Shown here piece by piece: positions 18,613 to 26,538 of a DNA stretch of 64,000 bases; position 1 is the first letter of the stretch, and each line of letters starts with the position of its first letter. Source of the stretch: Chloroflexota bacterium (lineage in GTDB: Bacteria; Chloroflexota; Anaerolineae; UBA2200); assembly GCA_030607875.1 (NCBI GenBank), contig JAUWJD010000011.1, positions 16,165 through 80,164 on the forward strand, given 5' to 3'. The translations under genes and the position numbers were made by a program. The notes beneath the pieces are model-generated. The model did not search any database. It was not told the DNA's origin and worked only from the letters and a program-made list of their open reading frames with translations.

Positions 18613-19608
18613 TCAAGAACTCTGCTGATAGCCGTTTGCCAATCGTGCCAGAAGCTTGTTTCGCACATCATCTGGCAGGAAGGCTGCTTGCAGTGCATTC
18701 CGGTTGCAGTGGAAAAAGTCTTGGGTATCCCATCCAAACGCTTGATGCAACTTTGCGTACTCTTGGTTTAGCGTAACACCCACCAGAGTACGTCCATCGG
18801 TGTTCACACTAACTGGTATTCCCGCCCGATAGAATCTGTCGATGGGATGATCGGCATAGGTGTCATAGATATTTGTTTGTACGTTGCAGGTTGGACAGAC
18901 TTCGAGATGGATCTGCCGTTGCCGCAGGTGCTCAACCAACGCGGGATCTTCGATACTTCGTACGCCGTGGCCGAGGCGTGACGGAGCAAAGTGCAACAAT
19001 GTTTCCCACACATTGATGGGTCCACGTGCTTCTCCGGCGTGTGCAGTGCAGGGAATACCCCTGTCGCGCGCATACTGAAATGCAGCCATGTGGGCATCAA
19101 TTACACTCCCTGCTGTACCCGCCTCACTGTCGAACCCTGCTACGTACGTGCCACGAAAGTCTTCCACTAAATGCACGGTTTCAAGACTTTGTGCTGGCGA
19201 ATAATAGTGTAACGTACAAAGAATGATCCGCGCTTCGATTCCAGTGCTGCGGACACCCTCGGCGGTTGCCGCGTCCACACTGGCGACGACTTGGCGGGGT
19301 GAGAGCCCTCTTTCGGTGTGCAGCAGGGGGGCAAACCGCATCTCAGCATACAGCACGTTGTCTCTGCGCAGTTGCTCAAACAAGTCCAAGGTCACGAGGC
19401 GAAGCTGCTCTTCTGTCTGCATGAGTGGATAACTGCTGGGAGCACACGCGAGGAGCTCCGCCAAATCCACACACTTGGTTGGGGCAATGAACTTTGTACG
19501 GTACTCCTCAAGCGTGATCGACGGATCGATTTGCGAGACGACCTCATAGCTGAGCGAGCAATCTAGATGAAGGTGCAATTCAACTTTGGGGAGTTCAGTC
19601 CAATCCAT
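18613..19608 (-). CDS. add: Adenosine deaminase
   Basis: ELHLHLD, TAHAGE, RLGHG, EVCPTCN, NTDG. Confidence 0.92.
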   Translation of the reverse strand: MDWTELPKVELHLHLDCSLSYEVVSQIDPSITLEEYRTKFIAPTKCVDLAELLACAPSSYPLMQTEEQLRLVTLDLFEQLRRDNVLYAEMRFAPLLHTERGLSPRQVVASVDAATAEGVRSTGIEARIILCTLHYYSPAQSLETVHLVEDFRGTYVAGFDSEAGTAGSVIDAHMAAFQYARDRGIPCTAHAGEARGPINVWETLLHFAPSRLGHGVRSIEDPALVEHLRQRQIHLEVCPTCNVQTNIYDTYADHPIDRFYRAGIPVSVNTDGRTLVGVTLNQEYAKLHQAFGWDTQDFFHCNRNALQAAFLPDDVRNKLLARLANGYQQSS

Positions 19609-19753
19609 CGTTTTGCCTCCTTTCAGATAGAAATGGCTGCTTTACTGCTTCGTGCACGGATCGCTAAGCGTATCTCACTGAATCATGGTCCCGTCAGGCG
19701 GGATGAACGACATGAGAAGGACCATTTGAGTTTGGCGACCTTCGACGCAGTAC

Positions 19754-20010
19754 TCAGTAGGTTCTGCTGACCGCATCAAACAGCATTCGCAAGAACTGCT
19801 CACGCGATGCTTCCAAAACGACCTCTGCGTTGGGTTCGCGACCCATCAGGAGCAAATGATCAACGACCGACTGGCCCCGGCATAACGGACTCGCCGTCTC
19901 AAGCGCCACGAAGCAGCGGTGTGTCCTCGTGGCGACGGTTGGGTCAAGCGCAATGGCCATCGCAATCGGGTCGGGCAAGTCAAAACCCAACAAGCGCGTC
20001 CTGGTGAGCG
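19754..20010 (-). pseudogene. C-terminal fragment of an inosine/uridine-preferring nucleoside hydrolase
   Basis: LPDPIAMAIALDP...RGQSVVD...PNAEVVL; no N-terminal DxDxxxDD region. Confidence 0.7.
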
Positions 20011-20248
20011 CGAATTGTTGTACGGTCTTTTGGATGTCAACACAAAGTATGGCATGGCTCCAAGAACGTGGCGATGGAGTACCCACAAGCGCGGTCCGAC
20101 TACTGATTATGTGGAGTCTTTCCGTACAACACCCTGTAGGCCGACCTTATCCGCAATCCCTTCGCGAGTAACCCCGCCTCAGCGTTTTCTTGGCTTGCAC
20201 CCCCAGCACGCGCACGTATCCACCAAAGACAAGCCCGTCCACGCGCAT

Positions 20249-20403
20249 GCCCCGCCCAACTGCGGCGGGACGCAGGCGGCCCCGCCCAACTGCGGCGGGA
20301 CCTGCGGCAGCCTCGCCAAACCCCGCCGTACAGAGGGCGGGACTCTGCAGATGGCGACAACCGGGCGTACGAGCCGCCGGTGTCGAGCGGCGTGCAGTGG
20401 GCG
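20249..20403. repeat. REP-like cluster
   Basis: CCCCGCCCAACTGCGGCGGGAC x2 plus CCCCGCCGTACAGAGGGCGGGAC (also at 12143). Confidence 0.85.
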
Positions 20404-20455
20404 ACCAAGGGAAGGCTGAAGCGACTTGACAGGCGCCTGAAAACACCCAGCCATT

Positions 20456-20953
20456 CTATCCCAGCACCTTTTTCAGTACCCCAAAAGAGAAAATGTCACT
20501 GATGCTCTGCACGAACCTGATGTTTTTCAGGTTGTCGCTGGCCAGTGATCCACGCAGGATGATGGGGGTCAGATCAAGATCCTGGGCACCTCGATACGTG
20601 GACAGCACGCAATACTCGGCGCAAAAACCGGTGATGATGACCGTGTCTACGCCAAGGTCTCGCAATTCGTCCTCCAGCGTTGTTTTATTGAAGGAATTGC
20701 CATACGTCTTGTGGATATGCAGGTCCGAGGGCAGTATGTCTAACTGCTCGGGCAATTCGAATCCCTCCTCGCCTGGTACGAGCTTCTCCTCTTCATCGAC
20801 ATGTTGGACGCAGATGACCGGCAGGTCCTTCTCTCTGAACAGCGCGATGGCTGCGTTGATATACTCAATAGCATCGTTGAGAGATTGTGCCGTTGTCGGA
20901 CTGAACGTGAAGAATTTCTTCTGGACGTCAATCACTAACAGGGCCAGCTTCAT
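20456..20953 (-). CDS. Isochorismatase-family cysteine hydrolase
   Basis: ALLVIDVQ, KTYGNSF, ITGFCAEYCV catalytic D-K-C. Confidence 0.92.
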   Translation of the reverse strand: MKLALLVIDVQKKFFTFSPTTAQSLNDAIEYINAAIALFREKDLPVICVQHVDEEEKLVPGEEGFELPEQLDILPSDLHIHKTYGNSFNKTTLEDELRDLGVDTVIITGFCAEYCVLSTYRGAQDLDLTPIILRGSLASDNLKNIRFVQSISDIFSFGVLKKVLG

Positions 20954-21014
20954 TTGAACCTCCCTAATGTGCTGAGTTTTCGCTCACTACCGATTGGTGC
21001 TTCTTCGTCCAGGC

Positions 21015-21140
21015 GGCAAACGGAAAAGCTGAGCTGCCGCGCGGCCTGGCAAAACCAACTTGGGAAAGGGCGAACCCGGAAACGAGACCAGCCTCGATTC
21101 TGGTGCGCGACAGCGCGGTCAGCTTCAGCGAGAGTTATGC
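21015..21140 (-). mobile_element. Best-preserved integron attC site
   Basis: GCATAAC-TCTCG-CTGAAGCTGACCGCGC ... GCGCGGCAGCTCAG-CTTTTCC-GTTTGCC; 126 bp; R''/L''/L'/R' order with complementary arms. Confidence 0.7.
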
Positions 21141-21230
21141 GGCCCACTGGCCCACTGCCGCCAGCCACAACAAAGGGGTGGTAGGTTTGGGCAGGCACAA
21201 CGAGGCGCCTACAACACTGATTGCCACCAA

Positions 21231-22742
21231 TCAGGGATAATCCTTCACCACCAATGGCAGGTAAGTAAACCATTGGTGCCTGAACTCATCCGCGCCGATG
21301 TCGTAGCCGCTCCCTTGCGGACGGGTGTCCCCGTCAATGTCGACCATCACCCCGGCGTCCACGCCCGCATCAATGGCCGCCGCGCCAGGGGCGAGGTGGT
21401 AGTCGCCGCCGTCGGGATCAAGCAAGTCCGGGTCGCCCCAGATGTTCACCGTACCGCTGAGGATGGCACCATCCCCGGCCCAGTCGGTGAGATTGGCCCA
21501 GGGGCCAAAGCCCCACAGGGTGGCTTCCAGCGTGGCCGTGCTCCCCGCCGTCACCGTGATGCCCACCGTGTGGCTGGCGATGATAGTGTTGGGCAGAGCC
21601 ATCGTGGCATCTTGCCCGACAAATACACCCACGCCATCCCCAGCGGTGTTGCGGACGATGGTGTTGTGCCTGAATATGGGGGAGGCTTGCCTAACGTAAA
21701 CTCCTGCACCTCTAGGAGCTTTGTTATCAGCAAAAACGTTATTGTGCACTTTTGTGTCATTGTAACTGATGTACATGCCTCCGCCATAATCGCTGACCTC
21801 GTTATTCAGAATGAGATTACCCGAAACTACGGCGGAGGTTCCGACGTTTATCCCAATCCCACCTCCCTCGCTTCCCTGATTATCACGAATAACGTTTCCC
21901 ACGATGGTTGCGGCTGCGCCGCTCAAGTAGATCCCACCCCCCCTCTCACCCACATTGTCCTGGAACAGATTATCCTCAACCAGGGCTTGAGTCCACATCA
22001 GATACATCCCCCCTCCAAACAAAGAGGTGTTGGAGAGGAATTGATTATGGCGGAAGACGGGCGAGCCGGAGATGACACGAACCCCTCCGCCCCACCTGGC
22101 CGTGTTGCTGATGATAAGGTTGTTTTCCAATTGGGCATTGCTGGAGATGACAGCAATCCCTCCGCCTAATCCCTGCCCTGCACTCGATGCCGGCCCAGCA
22201 TTGTTATTGATGATGGTGCAGTGGTTTATGAAGGCATTGGTTTCGTGGATGTACACGCCACCTCCGGCGTCATCACTGCTATACCCGCCCAGCCCGGTAG
22301 CACTGCCGTGCCTGATGACTAACCCATCAAGGACAGGGGCAACCGGTCCACTGATGTACACAACCCGCCGTGCCCCTTCCCCGTCCAGCACGGTGGGGTA
22401 GGCATCCGGGTCGCGCACCACAGAGCCGGTGGGCGATCCGTCCCAGCCGCCGTAGAGGGTGATGGATTTGGCAATAGTGACAACGGCTGCGCCGGTGCCG
22501 GTGTAGATGCCCTCGGCCACGTAGATGGTATTGGCGCCGGCGGCCTGGGCCAGCGCGGTTTGCAGGGCGCAGGGTTGGGCCTGGGTGCACGCGGTGCCGC
22601 TGCCGGTGGGCTTGACGAACAGGTCAGCGGGGTCGGCGCGAGCTACCTGTGATGTTCCACTCAAGAACAGAACCAACCCGACCAGGAGCAGTCCACTAGT
22701 TGCCATGCCGAAAACGATATGCCTGTACTTGCTGGGGTTCAT
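21231..22742 (-). CDS. Secreted right-handed parallel beta-helix protein with C-terminal YLPLV motif
   Basis: Signal peptide, repeated GGGI/GGGM..N PbH repeats, DIGADE, FTYLPLVVK. Confidence 0.85.
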   Translation of the reverse strand: MNPSKYRHIVFGMATSGLLLVGLVLFLSGTSQVARADPADLFVKPTGSGTACTQAQPCALQTALAQAAGANTIYVAEGIYTGTGAAVVTIAKSITLYGGWDGSPTGSVVRDPDAYPTVLDGEGARRVVYISGPVAPVLDGLVIRHGSATGLGGYSSDDAGGGVYIHETNAFINHCTIINNNAGPASSAGQGLGGGIAVISSNAQLENNLIISNTARWGGGVRVISGSPVFRHNQFLSNTSLFGGGMYLMWTQALVEDNLFQDNVGERGGGIYLSGAAATIVGNVIRDNQGSEGGGIGINVGTSAVVSGNLILNNEVSDYGGGMYISYNDTKVHNNVFADNKAPRGAGVYVRQASPIFRHNTIVRNTAGDGVGVFVGQDATMALPNTIIASHTVGITVTAGSTATLEATLWGFGPWANLTDWAGDGAILSGTVNIWGDPDLLDPDGGDYHLAPGAAAIDAGVDAGVMVDIDGDTRPQGSGYDIGADEFRHQWFTYLPLVVKDYP

Positions 22743-22801
22743 CTTTCACTCCTTCTGTTTTGTTGAGCGCAGGCGGCACAACCACTGATTAGGCTGCGCG
22801 C

Positions 22802-23446
22802 CTATGCTTCACCTAGAACGACACCAGGATGACGTAAGTAGTCTTGCACTTGAGCATAGAACCTCCCCATGTGTATTCCATCCATTAGTGCATGATGTGC
22901 TTGCACACTCAATGGCATCTTTAGGAACTGGCCATCCTCGAAGAATTTCCCCCATGCAAACCGTGGTATAGAATCCGCTGGATGTAAACGAAGCGGGTGC
23001 ATAAAGCTTGTGAACGACACCCATGGTATCGCCGTCATGTACAACCGGTCGTCTTGTCCCGGCTCGTCTTTGACCGTCGGATGTTGCTGCACATAAGCGA
23101 TCTGCTCCGCGGCTCTCGCTGCAAACAATGAGAAGTCCTCAGTATAGTCAATCGAACAGAAGCTGAACAGATCCTCATTCGTTAGAATGGTTGTGGATGG
23201 GTGTACGATCTCGTGCTCTATCACCTGTCCCGCCCGAATGCGATACCGGAACTCGGGAATTGCGTTCGCTGCTCGTGCCAGTAGGTACACTGTCGCCACG
23301 TTGAACGAAATGCCACGCTGCTTGACAACAGGATAGAATGCTGTCAGGTCTATATTTGCACACAAGCTGAAGTGTGGATAGGTCCAGGCGCTAAGAAGCC
23401 TGAAATGCTCGCGTCGTGGCCAAGTCTCCAGGTTAATGTGACGCAT
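22802..23446 (-). CDS. cat: Type A chloramphenicol acetyltransferase family protein
   Basis: INLETWPRREHF, AIPWVSFTS, PRFAWGK, QAHHALMDG catalytic His motif. Confidence 0.85.
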   Translation of the reverse strand: MRHINLETWPRREHFRLLSAWTYPHFSLCANIDLTAFYPVVKQRGISFNVATVYLLARAANAIPEFRYRIRAGQVIEHEIVHPSTTILTNEDLFSFCSIDYTEDFSLFAARAAEQIAYVQQHPTVKDEPGQDDRLYMTAIPWVSFTSFMHPLRLHPADSIPRFAWGKFFEDGQFLKMPLSVQAHHALMDGIHMGRFYAQVQDYLRHPGVVLGEA

Positions 23447-23524
23447 ACTTCACCTCCAGATCGATACGTGAATAGCTTCCAATGTCGTTCCTCCCTAGCC
23501 CAATGCGCGCACGTCTTTGGGAGT

Positions 23525-23680
23525 AGAAAGCCCGCCCACTGCCATTTGCAGCGGACGGGCTGTCATACACAATAAAGTTGCTCCGGTCCCCGCTGCAGAG
23601 CAGCCGTACATTGGACTTTTGCCAAGTCGCAGGGTTCTTATCTTGCCGCGATTCTACTTCTGAACCTTCGCTGCTGTCAA
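23525..23680 (-). promoter_or_regulatory. Repeated promoter-leader-terminator module, copy C (no REP insert)
   Basis: TTGACA-N18-TAGAAT; terminator AGCCCGTCCGCTGC-AAATG-GCAGTGGGCGGGCT-TTCT. Confidence 0.7.
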
Positions 23681-23950
23681 GTCTCTTGGACACAAGTCCC
23701 CGGCGCTTCTGGGGTACTGGATGGCGAAGGTGTGTGCTGGCGGTGCGGATCGACCGCGACCACACCAGAACGCCAGTGTGTACGGCGGCCTGGCCCTTGG
23801 AGGCAGCGAATGTCCGCCAAGTGTGACGGGTTTGGCGCCTGTGAAGGGTTGTGACGGGTTTCCCAGGAATCTTGAGCTGTACTGGCCTATAGGGGAAGTT
23901 CCTGCAAAAACCCTACACGACCATACACAGTGACAGCAGCTACGCACTTT

Positions 23951-23984
23951 AGGACTGGCAGTCCGAGGAAGGACTGCCAGTCCT
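23951..23984. terminator. 14-bp inverted-repeat hairpin downstream of the lipoprotein gene
   Basis: AGGACTGGCAGTCC-GAGGAA-GGACTGCCAGTCCT. Confidence 0.55.
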
Positions 23985-24058
23985 AGCCGAGTACGTGATA
24001 CAAGTGTCCGAGTTCCTTGGCGGACTTGCGCTCAGGATGACAATGTGCTGCGGAGCGA

Positions 24059-24685
24059 TCAGGGCTGGACGCGCTCCGCACAAAACGTCTGGTCGTCGGC
24101 GATCTGCTGCCCGCCCGGCGACAGGCCCTCATTGCCCGTCAGCGACCAGTGCCGGTTATAGTTGCGAACCAGCTGCTCGTGAACCATGTGACACTGTTCG
24201 ACGCTCGTGTAGCCATCGGCATCGCCCGATGCTTTGATTGCCTCGAACTGGTCGATGACTTGGAGAGCGTGGTCGGCGTGCGCCTGGGGGTCGTCTGGCA
24301 GGACGTATTCGGCTGCAGTGAGGTGCCGTTCGGCTGCCACCAGGTCATTCTGCGCCAGGTTCATGCTGGCCGCCTCCACCCGGTAGGTCCAATCGTACGG
24401 CCGCAGCGCGATAGCCTCTTCCATCAATTCTGGGTCGCCTTCCTCCCACGCCTGGTCCATCCAGGCGTCCGCCTGGCCAACCTTGTCGAGCATCTCCTTG
24501 GCCTGCAGGATGGCGTCCAGGCTGGCGTCCCCGGTGGTGCCAAGGATCTTGTAGTTAGTGATCTCGGGGAGAAACATGAGGCCGAGTTCTATGAGGGCCG
24601 CCCGATCCTCACACCCGACGGTGGTCAGGAGCATGGCGCCCAGCAGGCCACAGAGCATCCATTTGCGCAATCGTGTTCCCCTCAT
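24059..24685 (-). CDS. Hypothetical lipoprotein with TPR-like helices
   Basis: LLTTVGC lipobox; AIALRPYDWTYR; ATGA overlap with the upstream gene. Confidence 0.7.
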   Translation of the reverse strand: MRGTRLRKWMLCGLLGAMLLTTVGCEDRAALIELGLMFLPEITNYKILGTTGDASLDAILQAKEMLDKVGQADAWMDQAWEEGDPELMEEAIALRPYDWTYRVEAASMNLAQNDLVAAERHLTAAEYVLPDDPQAHADHALQVIDQFEAIKASGDADGYTSVEQCHMVHEQLVRNYNRHWSLTGNEGLSPGGQQIADDQTFCAERVQP

Positions 24686-25245
24686 CGCTGTCCCTCCCCA
24701 ATGATCTGCCAGATGTCGAAATCGACGCCCAGACCGTCCAGGAATTCTTCGGCGCTGATGGTGCCCCGCTCGAGCGCCTGGATGGCCTCAACGTGATGGG
24801 TGATCGTGAAGAGCGGCACGCCGTCCTCGTCCACATAATAGACGGCGATGCGGTCGATGTCCAGGCCGGCCGCGGCCGAGGCCAGGTCTGGCAGCATATC
24901 AGTGCCCAGATCGCCAGCGAACGGCCGCTGGGGATCAAAGCCCCGCGAGGCGTCCAGCACCGTAAAGGCCACACGCTCGCCGGTGTTGGCCAGTTCCAGC
25001 ACCTGGACCTGCACGCCCTGCGTGCTCATCCCCGCTCTCCGCAGCTCGTTCACCAGGATGCCGGCTGCCTGGCGGTCCGGGGGACCGCCGAGGAGGCGCT
25101 GCGCGGGAGACTCTTGCAGGCCAATGCGCCGCAAGATGCGGAACGGAACGACCGCGGCCCAGATCAGGGCCAGGACGAGCAGCACCAGCAACAGGAGGCC
25201 GCAACCCCCGCAGCCGCCACAACCCCTGCGCCTTTGTATTCTCAT
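24682..25245 (-). CDS. Hypothetical membrane-anchored protein
   Basis: RRRGCGGCGGC plus a TM helix, then a soluble domain. Confidence 0.7.
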   Translation of the reverse strand: MRIQRRRGCGGCGGCGLLLLVLLVLALIWAAVVPFRILRRIGLQESPAQRLLGGPPDRQAAGILVNELRRAGMSTQGVQVQVLELANTGERVAFTVLDASRGFDPQRPFAGDLGTDMLPDLASAAAGLDIDRIAVYYVDEDGVPLFTITHHVEAIQALERGTISAEEFLDGLGVDFDIWQIIGEGQR

Positions 25246-25302
25246 TTGGATACCGCCTTTCTTTGCGCCATACGTCGTGCTTATCGAATTCGATCTCTAG
25301 CC

Positions 25303-25490
25303 AAAAGCCCCTCCACCGGCTTGCCCCTCGGGTCGCAGCCTCGCCGCACACATGGCGAGACGCTCCGCGGCGGACGGGCTTGGATGTGTTGTGTGTTCCC
25401 TGCTGCGCGGTGGCCGTGGCCACGTCTGCTCCAGCAGCGAGGGACTTTTTGTGCACCGTCACTGCACACCCGAACTGTGAGAGCCTTACG
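25303..25490 (-). promoter_or_regulatory. Repeated promoter-leader-terminator module, copy D (diverged)
   Basis: CTCACAGTTCGGGTGTGCAGT matches the copy A promoter; ACGGCCAC, GCAGCAGGG, AGCCCGTCCGCCGC, REP insert, GGAGGGGCTTTT. Confidence 0.55.
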
Positions 25491-25583
25491 CTGCTATTCC
25501 GCCAGAGAACCGTGGCCCCATCTGCTGTTGGGTTTGCGGATTGCGGATTAGAGATCGCTGGTCCGCAATCCGCACTTTTATGC

Positions 25584-25994
25584 TCAGGGCTCTCTGCCAC
25601 GCCTCAGGCCGCTCACAAGGATGGACCCGCCAATGAGGAAGAGTACGAGCGCCGCGATCAGGTTCCCGCTCAGGTCCACGACGTCAGCCAACCCGGCGGC
25701 CAGCAGGATGACCCCGAAAATGATGCTGCCCAGCACCGGCGTTCGGTACGCTGGCATGGCCAGGCGGACGAGCACCCCCAGCAGCGTAATCACTCCGCCC
25801 CCGATGAGGATGACCGCCCAGGTCTCTAGCCCCTCGAAGCGCACCAGGTAGCCAAACTGCTCCGCGAGCAACACAATCCCGATCCAGATCAGGAAAAGGG
25901 CCCAGCCAATGGCGCCGATGGGATCGCGGCGCCCCTTCTCGTCAAATTCCTTCTCGTCTTTCTCGTTGCGCGTCTCTTGCCGTTCTTCGTCCAC
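25584..25994 (-). CDS. Small 4-TM membrane protein (LiaF/DUF5668-like)
   Basis: RRDPIGAIGWALFLIWIG; GTG start after AGAGGAAAGG. Confidence 0.7.
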   Translation of the reverse strand: MDEERQETRNEKDEKEFDEKGRRDPIGAIGWALFLIWIGIVLLAEQFGYLVRFEGLETWAVILIGGGVITLLGVLVRLAMPAYRTPVLGSIIFGVILLAAGLADVVDLSGNLIAALVLFLIGGSILVSGLRRGREP

Positions 25995-26538
25995 GAATCT
26001 GTCCTTTCCTCTACCGTGGGAGAGTGTTGGGCCGAAACTACCGGCCAAAGCCAAACCACACTTGCAGCCGTCCTTTTCAGGTTGTAGGCCGCCATGCACC
26101 GCCATACAGCGCGCTTCCACTCGCCACCGGAGAACAGGTCCCACGCCAGCACAACCGCGATCCAGGTCAGGCCCAGGGGAGATAAGAAACAAAACCACAG
26201 CCTCACAGCGCATCTTTCGGAACTCATTCTAACCCGAAGCAAGACATTTGTCGAGTTGCCCTGAATCACGGTACAGTATCTTGGGCTCAGGAAATAGAGT
26301 CCCGACAGCAGATGAGACGGGGACCTCGTCGTAGCGAGGCGAACCATCGCCTTCGGCGAGACATGCGGCAAGCCCCTATACTACATGAAGGGCCCCGTCC
26401 TGCCAAGGCGCGGGGCAGGCCTCTTTCTGGTGTCACTGGCCGGCGAAGCCTTCCCGTAGAACGGGCCTGGCGCGCCAGGTCATGCTCACATTTTATCACA
26501 GAATCGACGAGGTTGACACAGCGATGTTGATGAAACAC

